A program made the position numbers and the translations under genes. The notes under the pieces were generated by a model. That model searched no databases. It was given only the letters and a program-made list of their open reading frames with translations, and was not told the DNA's origin. 64,000 nt of DNA from Eledone cirrhosa. Its lineage: Eukaryota. Location: assembly GCA_964016885.1 (NCBI GenBank), contig OZ024741.1, positions 173,848,001 through 173,912,000 on the forward strand, given 5' to 3'. Positions within the stretch are counted from its first letter, which is position 1; each line of letters opens with the position of its first letter. This document shows, piece after piece, positions 39,638-53,350 of the stretch.

Positions 39638-42600
39638 ATGGCCAATATAAGAGTTGGATGTGTGAATGCACGCGGCTTGGGGATGTCCTGGAAACAGGGC
39701 AAACTCTTAAATGACCTCAGGTCGCACAGAGTGGATGTAATGGTTATTTGCGAGTCCAGGATCAGCAGCGAGCGCCAACTGGCCCCCATCTTCGACGACT
39801 TTGAGATCTACGCATCTCTCTGTCAGCCGAGGGGTAGGGGTGGGGTTGTCGTTCTGCTGCGAAAATATTTGGGTCTTGTCACACAGAAGGTACACCTGGA
39901 CCCGGAGGGTCGACTGGTGGTTTTAGACGTCGACAGTGGTGAAGGTGGAGCTTTCAGGCTGGTGGCAGCGTATGCCCCATCTGGGACACCGCGACCGGAC
40001 TTCTTCCGACGGCTGGAGAATTTCCTGGGAACGTCTCGCTCCTTGCTTTTAGTGGGGGACTGGAATGGTATCCTGGATGCACGTTGGGACTATGTAGGGG
40101 CATGTCCCGATAGAGGGGGGGGTGTAACAGCCTCAAACGATTAATCGGCCAATTTGATCTGGCCGATAGATATCGACTAGATTTTCCGACTGTGCCACGG
40201 TGGACGTGGAGTAATCTCAGCGGAACATCTAGGTCGTACCTAGATAGGTTCCTAGTTAGAAATAAGGATCGGGACATATTAAGCTGTCCACGAATGTTCA
40301 TGGTTGACTATTCGGATCACAAGTTGGTGACCGGAGTGGTCAACCTTGATAGAACTCATAGACAGGGACCCGGTTACTGGAAGCTAAACTTGTCTTTACC
40401 GACAAACAAAGCTTACAGTAAGCGGATTAGCACACTAGTTAAGCAGCGTTTGACGGGGGCAATTGTTAACAACAGGTGGTGGGGCTCTCTCAAGAGAGAA
40501 ATTAGAATAGAATCGATAGGTTTTAGTCGGGAATTAGCATCAGATAGGAATAGAACTGAAAGGGAATTAACAAATAGAGTAGAAGAGGCGATTAGGAGTG
40601 GCAACGTGGCCGGCGTGCTGGCGTCAAGAACGGCCCTAGACCAGTTCTTTGATTCGAAGCACGAGGGCTGCGTTGTCAGGAGTAAAATACGAGCTCTGGG
40701 TAATGAGGGAGCCAAAGCTGTTAGCTGGGCCCGAGTGACAGAGGCAAAAAGTGGAAACAAGTACACGATTCGGTCTTTGAAGGACCAGGATGGACGCGTG
40801 ATCCTTGAACCTAAGCGGATGAGCGCGGCCTTTCAATGGCGCTTTGCACGATTGTTCGGGAGGGGCGGCCGGCCGGGTAGGACCATGGATTTCGGTCCAT
40901 ACCTCGACGGTCTGGCGCGGCTCTCGGACGGGGAGGTGAAGTACTGCGAGAGGCCGATTTCAGCCGCTGAAATAGGGGAAGCGCTGAGCCAATGCGGCAA
41001 ACGCAAATCTCCGGGTCTCGATGATCTACCATACGAACTTTATGTAGCGATGCCGGGCTTGTTCTCCGGTCTCCTCGAGGTGGTCTACTGCAACTGGCAA
41101 CAGAACGGGAGAATTCCCAGTTCTGTGACCAGGGGCGTAGTCACGCTGGTGAGGAAGGACGAGAACAAGGGGGATGACATAGATAACTTCAGGCCCATAA
41201 CTTTGCTAAACACAGAGTTAAAGATTTTGGCCAAGGTGTTAGCGAAGAGGTTGGCGCTTGTCGTCGGGAACCTGGTGGGAGAAGCGCACACATGCGCAAT
41301 CCCGTCCAGGTCCATACACGATAACCTCCACCTCATGCGATACATCGTAGAGAGGGTAGGGAACGAACCCGGCTTTGGTGGGGCCCTGATCAACTTGGAT
41401 CAATCTAAGGCGTTCGATAGGGTTGACCATCGGTACCTGGATGCGGTGCTCGCAGCGGCAGGCTTCGGATCCGTTTTCAGGGACTGGATTGCTGCAATGC
41501 AGAGCAGCAACACCTGCTCGAGGGTCAAGGTGAACGGCTACCTCTCGGAGCCGTTCCAAATCACGCGATCCATTCGACAGGAATGTCCTCTCTCCTCCCT
41601 CCTGTATGTGCTGGCTCTCGAGCCACTACTGCGGAAGCTGGAGCTGTTGCAGGCCATCCCCTTGGAACCGGGATTGCGGAAAGCGGTGTCGGCCTACGCC
41701 GATGACGTGACAGTAATGGTGTCGTGCGCCTCGGAAATCGGGCAGATCGGCACCTTACTGGAGGAATACGAATAGTTTACAGGAGCCAAGCTGAACCGGG
41801 ACAAGTCCGTCGGTTTGCAACTCGGGACGTGGAGGGGCAAAACGATGCCCTCCGACGGCATCGTCGGACGCTGGACAGAGGGACCGGTGAAGCTGCTCGG
41901 GGTCTGGTTCGGACCGGACCTCCAGGTGGAGAAAAACTGGGACGAGGTAACGGGCAAGGTCTTTGCACTCGCCCAGAAGTGGGCCGAGTGCAAACTATCC
42001 CTGAAAGGTCGAGCGGAGGTGGCGAACGCTTATATAGCGTCCGTCATCTGCTACCGCTTGACCGTCGTGCCTTGCCCAGAGAAAACACTCGCCAAAATGT
42101 ATCGCGCGCTCTTCCGATTTCTTTGGAAGAAGCGGGCTCCTTTGGTGAGAAGATCCATCTGCTGTCAACACCCTTCGAACGGAGGGCTGGGGATGCCGTG
42201 GCTGACGATGCGTAGACACGCATTAAGGCTACGGCACCTCCAGGTATTCCTCACCGGTCAGCCGGTGTGGGCCCTGTTTGTGAGGCGAGCCTTTCCAAGA
42301 CTCTATAGAGGGTTGGTGCGCAGTAAGTGCGACGACGCTCTCGGAGAGGCTCTGGGCATGGAGGAAGACGAGCTGGCCAGTCTGTTCGGTAGGACGTTTG
42401 GCCCGGGACCGATGGACAACTTCCAAAAGTCCCTGGCTTGGCAATGTTACCGAGGAGCTCTACACGTTCGGGACAAGCTCTACAGATACGGGCGCCCGGG
42501 TAGGGACCCCTCGAAGAAGATCTGTCCAAGATGCGTGCGTGACGAGGAAACAGTCGCCCACGCATACGTACACTGCCCGGGCGTTGCTGACCTGTGGGGC

Positions 42601-42939
42601 TATGTAAAACGACTACTGTCGCGGGTGGGACCAATCCGGTTGACCACCGAGAACATTGTCACGATCAAACCGCCTCCCCCTTTCAAAAACGAAGGAGAGG
42701 CGGTTTTCCTCTGTGTGATAGCCATGGCGAAAGAAGTTGTATGGTGGACAAGGTTGAAAGGGCTGAGGTCAGACACCTTTCTCTCCGGCCAACAACTGGT
42801 CTTTTTTTTCAAGTACCACTTTAGAAGAAGGATCAGAATGGAGAGAGAGGTGCTCTACCCCAGCAAGTTTTATGAAAGATAGGTGAAAGTAGCGAGAATG
42901 GCCCGAGTGAATGGGCCTTCTATCTATATCAGCCTGTAG
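39638..42939 (+). pseudogene. Tx1/L1 ORF2 (APE endonuclease, RT, C-terminal CCHC), disrupted
   Basis: NARGL, ICES, GDWN, YLDRF, SDH; KSPGLD, FRPITLLN, DQSKAFD, YADD; CPRC...ETVAHAYVHC. Frameshift at a G-run near 40114-40122 and stops at 41773 and 42880. Confidence 0.92.
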
Positions 42940-45883
42940 GTGAGAGAGGAGAAGAATGAGAAGAGGAAGGAAGCACCCGCTCTTTGTGCTCCTGAAGAGG
43001 AGGGTTGCACATTTTTTCGGGGGTGTGTGCGACCCATGTCAACGCCCCTCCCTATTGAGGACATCGATTGTTAAATTTAATTTGTTATATGTTTTTTACA
43101 CGTCTTTTTAAATGTATGTAAACTCCCCCCTTTGTATTTGTTCCAATCTTTGATGCCCTGGTGGCAAATAAATAGAAATATATATCAATTACCACCAAAC
43201 TCTCTCCCTCTCTCTATATCAATTACCACCAAACTCTCTCCCTCTCACTGTATTCATTACCACCAAACTCTCTCCCTCTCTCTATATCAATTAACACCAA
43301 ACTCTACTCCCTCTCTCTATATCAATTACCACCAAACTCTCTCCCTCTCACTGTATTCATTACCACCAAACTCTCTCCCTCTCTCTATATCAATTAACAC
43401 CAAACTCTACTCCCTCTCAATATCTACTACACGGAACGCTCTTCCAGTACTCGTCGGACAACGTGCTTAGCGGCATAGAGTTATAGCCCTTTGCGTTCTG
43501 AGTTCAAATCCCACCTTTCACCCTTACGGGGTCAATAAAATAAAGTACCAGTAATGCACTGGAATCGATTTAATCCACTTTCCCCTCCCCAAAATGTTGG
43601 CTTTGTACTTAGATCAGAAACCATTCATATTTGATGATCTGTGGCGTTTTCCTCACGAATTTTGTGGTCCACATAAAAAAGCTGATGCATTAATAATTTA
43701 GATGACAGTAAGGCCTTTGTATGTAAATCAGTCTGGTAAAGCTCATCACTCTCCAAGCATTTAGCTCTGATTTTGTTTTCATTTTTTATGTGGTTATGAC
43801 TGTTTAAGGAAAGCTAGTACAGTGCAAATTGGAATTGCAAGGGTGAAAGCTAGGGTAAAGCAAGAAAAAAGAAACAGTTTACATTTTTACCTTGTATTTC
43901 ATGATATTTCGAGGTTATGACGCCATTTTCAAAAGAAAGAAACTTGTGTGGTGTTGACAGCAATGAGCGCTATATTTATATATTGGCAGGAGAGCAAATA
44001 AGAAGTTGTGACGTTTATGTTTCTTCTCAAGAACATTAATGAGGCAAAGAAGAGTGAAATAGTTCTAAATTACGATGCTCTTATACAGACCAAATAGCAT
44101 ACAGATCAGAAATATCTTCACCCAATATAGATTGATTTATATTTAGATGTAGCCAATGTAAAATAAGTTAATCAATTCGAGGCGATACCTTTTCAGAACA
44201 AGATTCTATATCAATCCAAAATATATTGATTTCTGACATAGGCACAAGGCATTGATCTAAAATATAGTAAGACATCTCTATTAGAGCCTGCTTGAAGTCA
44301 ATGTTGGCATCCAAAACAAGTAAAACAGTCAAGTTGAATATAGTAAGAAAACAAGGTGGAAAATTATTACACATATTTTTTATGTCCAGGTGCGGGTATG
44401 CAGTACATACGGCAGTTTAAACGACAAGTGTTCCAATTGTTTTCAGTCGGTTCTTATAACAAGTGTTCTAGTGTATGACTAGGCTTGCCTTTAAAATTAA
44501 ATATACAATTATATTTTCCATCTGAACGGACTAAAGCAATGTGAAATAAACGGTAAATTTCTATCATTACACCCGTCTCAGAGAATAATAAAAAAAATTA
44601 TACAGTAAACACTTTTGTCGCAACAGTATTATCAATTGGGAGAAATTTATAGCAGTAGTATCCCCATTGTTCAAAATGATTAGCATTAAAAATAGGGAAA
44701 ATAACTACTTATTGCTTTAGGACATGACATGCAGCGACTCGTTCTTCGCCTCCAGCCTTGTCGCTTCGGTTACAAACCCGGGCTCCGCTACCCTCAATGC
44801 GGAAGAGAGGAATACAGTCAATTACCGGGGCCTGACCGACCGCTTCATCTTTGCACTGGTCTCCGTCGACACCTCTGTCTTCTCAACACTGCTGATGTCG
44901 TCAGCAAAGTCGGAAAGATAGCGGCCCTCTTGCGGCGGGAGCCCCGTGAGGTAGGATGGCTGTTGCAGCGAGAGATGTTTTTGCCATTCTCCACGGTAAT
45001 GCTTTTGCCGTTTTGTCTACGGGGCTCAGAATGGGGTGGAGTGACTGACCCCCGTCTACCTTTCTTTCGTTGCTTAATTCTTCTTTCTTTTTCTCTTTTT
45101 CATGTTTTTTCTTTTCTTTTCCGTTCACTTGATGATTATAAGCACAATGTGGTGGTGAAATAAATATGACGTGGAAATAAAAATAAAAGACATTGATTAA
45201 TTTATAATAAATATTGGAAAGAGAATTCAGTATTGAAAGGGTTAAAGAAAGAAAGTAATTTTTTTACTGTAATGTGGTGGTGCGTATATCAAGAAAAACC
45301 AGAGATTCGTGTGGCAAAAACTAAGTCGCTGACGAAGCTGAACACATCACCCCTATTTTGAAAAGGTAGCTCAACAGCTATTTATAAAGAAACTACCAGA
45401 TTATCCAGTTAATTTTATATGTGATTTTGGCACAGAATTAATTATAGCCAATAGAATTACAATTAAGAAATGTTGGTACAAAGAGTGTAGCCAATTAGAT
45501 TAGTTAACACAATTGAGTTGGCTGCGAGCAGCAATTGACTATATGTTTGCAGTGACACTTTCTCTAACAGCAACCTATCCATGTTTCCTTGCCCAAGAAG
45601 CTAGTGAAGTAGCGACCGCTTACCAAAAGGTTTGTCCTTGAAAATTTCAGCGTTCTGGGTACTCGACCCACTTCCATACTCACTGCTATCGGGATGGAGT
45701 TTGCCACTCGCAGGAATGAGCCCCCACGAATTGGAATGGTTAATTCAACTCCTCTCTCTCGCTAATCTTCGTGGTAACGCTTTCTTTATTTTATCTGCTG
45801 GGATCATGAAGTGACATAGGTCTTTAGTATTAAACATTTGGTTGAAAGATCACTTTAGCAGAAAGGGTTGGCGTATTTATTCT

Positions 45884-46320
45884 TTGTTGCGGAAAAGCTC
45901 CTTAATGAAGATATATATATATAGATTTATATGCTGCTTGTTTATGTTTTTAGTCCACGTGGAAGGATCAAATCAGAAAGCACAGTGAGGAAATAACAAA
46001 GGTTTATATTCTTCCAATACAATAATACAAGCACTAAAATAGAGAAAAGCTGCTAGTATACTGAATAACTAAACTGAACGACAACAAAGTGTTGGTGAAT
46101 GTGTAGGAAGAATGTTGTTGGGCCCTTGCCAAGAGGGCCAACGTTACTTGGTAAGTTCTACATCTTGCCAGGTGCTCCAGGGAACGCCATTAGTAACGTC
46201 TTGTGTCCACGAAAATGAAACCGCAACTGATAGGTAGAAGTAAAAAAAGGTGCGAAGCAACTGTTGGGCGGAAGTCGACTTTTGGTATTCATACACCGCC
46301 AAGCCTAAGGGCTAGCGAGT
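45884..46320. repeat. Dispersed repeat, possibly a solo LTR; diverged inverted homolog at ~49600-49945
   Basis: gtccacgtggaaggatca...gcacagtgaggaaata...acaaaggtttat at ~45953-46008 matches the reverse complement of ~49827-49884. Confidence 0.6.
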
Positions 46321-46967
46321 GACAAAGTACGTCCAAATTATTCTGCAGCTACAGGTCTGGGGTTCCGCCCGTCGAAGAGGCAGAACGAACGCGCAGGGTA
46401 GCATGAGAACCCTTTGTCGACTGATTCATCTAATTACCGTTGGCCACTACATTGATACATGCATACGCAAAATACTACTAAGCTACATTTTTCTAAGCAG
46501 AAAGTGTAAATACAAACATTATGTATGTACATTTATCTCTTTAAGGAACAGGCTTGGCGGCAGCACAAAGCGTTTGTGTAATAGTAAAGACTGGTGATTA
46601 AAGAAACAGATTATAATAATATAAAATCTGCGGTAATGTTATCAATTCGTCTCCCCCAAGAAATAATTGCTGAACGAGTCGTATTTTAAAACATCAAAAT
46701 TTCGCTGAATCTTCATAAAATTGTAGGAATCTCAAACGTGGAAGTAACTGTAAACTAGCTGTTATTGTGCATGGCAAAAAGTCGGGTTAAATTAGAACTT
46801 TATATTGAGCGGAAGAACGGTCAACGGAGAAGGGGGAGAATGAAAAGAAGAGTGTCTAAAGCAGAAATTCTCTAAGTGGGCGTTGAGAAGGTCGGCGCTG
46901 GGGCCTAAGGGAAGAGCGAGTGTGGTAGAGATGATATGATAGTATATTAAATATCAAATGATTCTTA

Positions 46968-47780
46968 TCTATATATTAATTTCAACAATGTCACTATTCC
47001 GTGTGTCATAATTCTCGATTATCATTGGTTCATAAGTTTCAAACCACTCCGCCCACCTCAACGACACCAAACTTAAATTAATATGAATAATGCCAATGAG
47101 GGAGTGAGAGGGGAGAGTAAGAAACAGAGAGGCAAAGTGAACTCTGTAACTATTACCATGTGTGCGTGTGTATGTACGTGCGCGTATGTTTATGTGTGTG
47201 TGTGCGTGCGTGCAGCGTTCCAAAGAAAGTAAAAGCAATTCGACTTTATCAAACAGTGAACTACAGCGGCGACGGCGTGCAGCCAGGAATGAAGAAAAAC
47301 GGGCCGAACAGCGCCATCGGAACGCCGAACTTCAGAGGCGAAGACGTGCCGCCATGAATGAAGAGGAGCTAGCTGAACAACGCCAACGAAATACTGGAGC
47401 CAAACAGCGACTGGCTGAGCATCATCTTTTATATTAATTATCTATATCTATATCCACATATAATATAAAAGATCAGAACTTCCATCATCCTTTTGAGAAA
47501 CGTGGAACAACCACGTCTATGCAATGATACACGTTTTACAGTCAGGCAGAGGTCACTATTCTAGGTGGGAGCACCTAGAATTGTTCATATACTATGCACA
47601 AACGGTACAACGAAGAATCTGGTATATCTGGAAGAATTTTTTTACTGTTTTTTTGTATCACACAGACACCACGGACTCTCCTCATACTGTAACCAGACAA
47701 ACATCCAATACAGTCATTTTCTCTTTTACCTGACTTCTCTTATCATCTGTTTACCCGGGCGAAGCTGGGTACGTCAGCTA
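46968..47780 (+). mobile_element. Non-autonomous Helitron remnant
   Basis: Repetitive basic peptide QRRRRAA.NEE..AEQR; subterminal sequence homologous to 5277-5384; terminus acccgggcgaagctgggt...CTAG|t. The 5' boundary is uncertain. Confidence 0.7.
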
Positions 47781-48359
47781 GTTATAAATAAATATAGTAA
47801 AATAAAACAACATTTATTTATACATAGTATCTACTATATTATTTATTATATATAAGTTAATGATTTTATTCATTATATATTATTTACAATTGCGTGTAGG
47901 CTGGTCTCTATGGAAATAGGTTTGGAGGCGCTGAGGGTATTACGTGGCCATGAGGGGGACGGTGGCCCAAAAAGTTTGAGAACCTCTGGTCTAAAGCATG
48001 AGATCAGAAACGAGAGAAGAGAAGAGATTTCAAAGTTGTTCGCAGAGATTAAGTAAATTGCCTCCTTTGTTTTTTCATTATTCATTAATTTAAATATTTA
48101 TTTATTTTACTATAAATTTGAAAAAAAAAATGGAACCCAAGGACAGAGTGCGGGAGATGATATGAGACTCAGAGATGGCAAGCAATAATCTGGTCATTGT
48201 GTAAAAACATTAGGATATCCCAATTTGGTTAATCCGAAGGTTAGTCATTTAACATAACATCATTTAAAAATCTGATGTAAGTGCAGTATTGGTGACATTA
48301 ATTAATTATATGTTAATAAACATTAATATTAATCTGATTCTTAATGTCGTATTTGTGAA

Positions 48360-48660
48360 AGTGTGTAGCTTAGTGGTTAGGATGTTTAACTCTGGATCGT
48401 AAGATTGTGAGTTCGATTATTGGGCCGGGTGACACGTTGTGTCTTTGAGTAAAGCGCTTTATTTCATGTTACTCAGCTGGCAAAAGTAAGCTGTACCTCT
48501 TATTCAAGGAACCAGCCTTGTCAAACGCTTAGTTCTCCCCGAAGCTACATTAAGAGTGCGCATGTCTGTGGAATGTTCAACCACTTATACGTTAATTTCA
48601 CGAGCAGACATTTCGATTAATTGAATCAACTGGAACACTCTTCGTCGGAAGTGGTGGAGC
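48360..48660 (+). mobile_element. Second tRNA-derived SINE family, old copy (related sequence with internal duplications at ~60465-61070)
   Basis: A-box tagcttagtgg and B-box gagttcgat; cagccttgtca body shared with ~60750-60960. Confidence 0.6.
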
Positions 48661-49246
48661 TCCAACAAACTCAGAAGTATACACCATCAAAATGCCCGAT
48701 ACTTAGTAAAACAAGTATTAAATGTGAAATGAAAAAAGGACGGTAGAGCGTCGGACACCATGCTTCGGGACATAGAATTACGGCCTTTTACGTTGTGATT
48801 TCTGATCCTGTTGAGGTTAGCTTAGCCTTTCATCCTTATGGGGTCGATAAAATAAAGCCCAAGTAATGCACTGAGGTTGATTTAATCGACTTTCCCCTCT
48901 CCCCAAAAATTGAAAAGGAAAAAAGAAAATGCTTGGATATGTGCAGTGCATGTCTACGAAGAGAACATCCCTCGAATGGAAGACAAAAGGAGAGCATAGG
49001 AAACGAGGAAGACCTGTCAAAACTTGGTTGAGATCTGTGGCAAGGCTTGCAATTGTGTGGAATAGAGAAATCTCGTTGCCTATTCTCCATAGGGACCAAA
49101 AGAAGATGTAAATCTAGAAAAAGACGAATTGAAAACCATGGAAAAATAAGGATTCTGCAAGTATTTATGGAATTAGCCTCAAAAGCAGTACAATGTAAAA
49201 ATCAATAATGTTAAGTTAAAATGCAAGTTGGCACTGGCAGTCAGTT

Positions 49247-49296
49247 AACTACTACTACTACTACTACTACTACTACTGCTACTGCTGCTGCTACTG

Positions 49297-49334
<38 letters not shown>

Positions 49335-49340
49335 GCTACC
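49247..49340. repeat. (CTA/CTG)n trinucleotide microsatellite
   Basis: Read directly. Confidence 0.95.
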
Positions 49341-50587
49341 ACCACCCCTGTCACTCGCAATCGAGTATGTACTATTCCTTAATTGACCTTGCAGTCACGA
49401 GCAGACATATCTTTTCTACCTTTATCCAACGGAACATCTGGGTTGTGACAGCTGGAAGGAGACAGGCTGCTTCAGCACTCGGCTAGTACTTTCTTTATCG
49501 ACTCTGAAAGGATGAAAAGAAAAGTGAAACTCGGCGATATTTGAACCCGAAACAAATATCAAATACTTTTGTAGTAAGCAATGTCACTACCTTATCGCGG
49601 CGGAATGGTTGGGTCGTGCTTGGTCAATCACCAGGCCTTTAAGTCTGCGGCGTAGGAATACCAAGCAGTAACTTCCGCCCAGCAAGGGAATTCACGCCTC
49701 AGTTGACTACCTACCAGTTGCGTTCCAGGATTCATCCTGAATGGCACATTTTTTCGTTCAACTTACTTATGCGGCATACCAGCAGATTTTTACTCTTTTA
49801 GTACTTATAATAATTTAAGGAGAAAAATAAACCTTTGTTATATTTCCTCACTGTGCCAACTGATCTGATCCTTCCACGTGGACTTCAAGACATAAACACG
49901 CAGCCTTATAACCTAATCTTCTTTATGGATCCTTTCCGCAACCAACAAGCTACTCAACCAAATATCTTTTTTGATAAACTTTAATGATTTTGCCAGCCAA
50001 ATCAACCGCCCTAGCCAAGTAACTAGTATATCTCAATACATCAAAACTTATGAATAAATTTGAACAAACCAAATCGAAGAAAGTCTATTCTTCTACTAAA
50101 ACAATTTGATGTCTCACCCTTTGAAATTTTTGTAAGTTTGACGCATTAATGGAATCTGATAAAAGCATAGATGTGAGTGTCACTGTTGCTGAATGTAGAA
50201 AAAAAAAACATGGTGAATGCTGGAGAAACTTTGTACAAGACAATTTTTTTAAGTTTTTTTAATGACTAACATTTATTTTCTGATTAGCTTGTTGATGCTT
50301 CCAGCATTAAAGTGAATTTGTAAAATTATTTAGCATGTTACTAATGGTATCAAAATAGTTTTTAGACTATGTTGATATCATTTGTGACATATGCTTTGAA
50401 ATATATTTATAATATAAAGAAATAAAAAAAGATAGGGTGGAGAATTGGGAACGTGACAAACTCTGCAGCCAGGGCTAGATTGACTATTTAGCAAAATAGG
50501 CACGTGCTTAGGGTAGCAAGGGGATAAGGGGACCATTTTATTCAATTTAATTGTATTTGTTATTTTTAAAAAATGTTTATATATATA

Positions 50588-50903
50588 CAGTTGTTCCCCG
50601 GTATTCGCGGAGTTTACATTCCAAGATCACCCGCGAAGAGTGAAAAACCGCGAATATTGAACGTGGTTAATAAAAATGCCTACGAACGTTAAAATATAAC
50701 GTAAAATATAGGATGGCAAATACAGTATATTGTTATTAATAATTTAGCGATAAAAAGTGTGAAAAAATATATATTACCACGAAAAAAAACCATTAAAAAA
50801 TAAAATTGCGGAATATATTTACGCGTCCGCGAATGTGCGGTGGTTTCCACGAACAATTATTAGTTAGGTTCTAAGGAAAATTCCGCGAATGCCGGGGGTA
50901 CAC

Positions 50904-50905
<2 letters not shown>
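50588..50905. mobile_element. Tc1/mariner-pogo (Tigger-like) MITE
   Basis: Imperfect TIRs cagttgttccccggtattcgcgg / ccgcgaatgccgggggtacactg in a TA-rich context, no ORF. Confidence 0.75.
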
Positions 50906-50974
<69 letters not shown>

Positions 50975-51559
50975 TGCAAGGTCCACAATAATCTTTGAAG
51001 TGCTTAGTGCCTCAAAAAGACTTAATCCACCCTTTCCGTGCTTAAGATGGCGTAATGGCGAAAGCGTTGTCGCGAAGAGCAGTCCGTGATACTCGTGAAG
51101 CCCCCGTCCCAATTTGGTAGTGGAAAATCGTCAATCAATGCTTGGTATTGATGAATTTAAAAAAAGTAAATATGTTAACACTAAATTATGAAATTAATTT
51201 CTTTCGACCAGTGGCGATTAAGGGAGTAGAGGATGGCTGAACTGTAGCCAGGGACCCATAATATTTAAAGGGCCCCAAATTAATAGTTTTGCTGCCATAA
51301 ATCATATATTATACCTAGATGTTTATGGGAAAGGACCCCGATGAAATTTTCTATCAAGGACGGTGCCTCATGCATGCTTAATTAGCGTCAGCTTTCGACT
51401 AGATCTACTCTTTCGAACGAAAGGAGTATAATTAACTAGATCGGCCTTTCATATATTGCTGATACTTATTGAGTTCGATCCAACTCGAAATTACGAAATG
51501 AAGAGAAGTATAATATTATAAATAGAAAGATAGAGGAAATATATATATATATATATATA

Positions 51560-51742
51560 ATAATTGTTTCTACTTTTGGCACAAGGCCAGCAATTACCCA
51601 GTGCATTACTGGTACTTTATTTTATCGACCCCGTAAGGATGAAAGGCAAAGTTAACCTCGGCGGGATTTGAACTCAGAATGGCAAGGGCCGTAACTCTAT
51701 GCGTCAAAGCATGGCGTCCGACCCTTTACCGATACTGCCAAT
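51560..51742 (-). mobile_element. tRNA-derived SINE
   Basis: Reverse complement of the SINE consensus. Confidence 0.9.
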
Positions 51743-51769
51743 GCTTACAGAACGAAAGCACAGACGGAT

Positions 51770-53285
51770 ATAATATAAAGGAAGGGGTGGACAACCGAGC
51801 CAACACCAGAGCAAAAGACAGCAGCGTCGCGAGGAGTACCGGGCAATCTCTCTAATGATTTTTGAGGCAAGCCAGCACGCTCGCAGCGTTACTTCGAGTG
51901 ATGGCCAGGCTGATGCGCTGGAACAACCAAGCGCCCTCGCGAGATTCACCAGTCAGCTCTATTAGGCGAGCCGCCAGTAAAGATAGGAAACTCGCAATCA
52001 GCAGCCCGACTCCCCACGAACGTCTCGAAAACCATAGGCTAGAAAATGTAGTTGGCCGACAGATCGCAGTATTTTAGGGTTTTGCTCCGTTCGGCTGCGG
52101 TAGCTGTGGATCTCGCCCTAACCGCAGCATCCAGGATGTGGGAAGAAGCAAAAGAGTCACTAACTGTGACGTCCCAGACAAGGCACCTGCCTCTCGCCCA
52201 GGGGCACAGGGTAAGGCCGTCAGGTCTTTTTCCGTCACTTTTGGACAACCCAGATGGTTCCAAGATTGGGGGGATGTTTGTCCAAGATTGAGAGGATGTT
52301 TTCCCGGGCCAAAGCTCTCTTGAGAATAAGGTTTAGCTCCGTGTGACGCGCGAAGCGACCGGCATTCAGGTGGAAAGAAATACGGTGGAGGCCTGTGGAG
52401 TCGAGGCGTTTGCCGCATCGACACCTCAAACCCATGCAGACGTCAGCTTCCACTCTCAGGGTAATGGAGACACGAAGTACGTCCAAGCTGAGTAGGCCAC
52501 CAACGTTAGCCACGGGTAGGGCATTAACCCAGTCGCCTAAGTATTTCGCGCTGGCAGATAGTAAGCAGCACCTTGCAAACTGATCCGACTGGACGAAGAG
52601 GAAGTCGAAGGTGGCCTTCGAACTTATGCTGTCTCAAGCTCTCTGACTCCGACTGTCCTCCACCCTCTCAGGAAGGGACAAGCCCAACTCACTCCATTGT
52701 TGGAGAGATTCATCCAATTCCTTGTTGGAACTAGTCCATGTTGGAGAGGAGAGGATGTTGCTCACCAGGGTGAAGCAAGCGTGGGTGGAGGAAAGGAAGC
52801 AGGGAAGAGAGAGGGAGTTCCTCCAAACAAGCGTCGTCGAGATATACCAGACGTTGAGGACCAACTCAACCCTCATCTTGGTGACGTTGTAGCGATGGGA
52901 GTCACTATTATGTAGTCGATAGATGTATTCTTTTCAGGATGAATGATAAAAAGAATGATGCCAGAATTGTGATGTTGACAATGTTTATTTTACAATAACA
53001 AAATTCACTTGTTGGTACATTGAATATCGTGTAATGAAATCGTGACAGCAATTATCACTACATTATTTTCTTGCTAACTACTTCGAGCTAGCGTAAATGC
53101 ATATATCAATAAAACGATACAATAGGAGTGAAATGACAGGAAGACGAAAGGATAAATCAATTGTAGTAGGGGAAAATATGAAACCTACTGCGTGTGTGCG
53201 TATTTGTTTATCCTTAGTTTACGTTGTTCCTGTGGTAGTTGGTCAATCTGCTGAGCTGGTATGAAATGTGAGAGCCTGTAAGGCC

Positions 53286-53350
<65 letters not shown>

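Larger units (their letters stand above)
37550..43180 (+). mobile_element. Near full-length Tx1/L1-clade non-LTR retrotransposon
   Basis: ORF1 and ORF2, aataaa at ~43167, and a 15-bp direct repeat tatatcaattaccac at 37535-37549 and 43181-43195. Confidence 0.92.

Noticed and set aside
44100-45245. piggyBac-like remnant (aaagggTTAA end at ~45236; similar at ~61820)
   Set aside because: Only one short terminus motif, with no convincing partner TIR or transposase motif.
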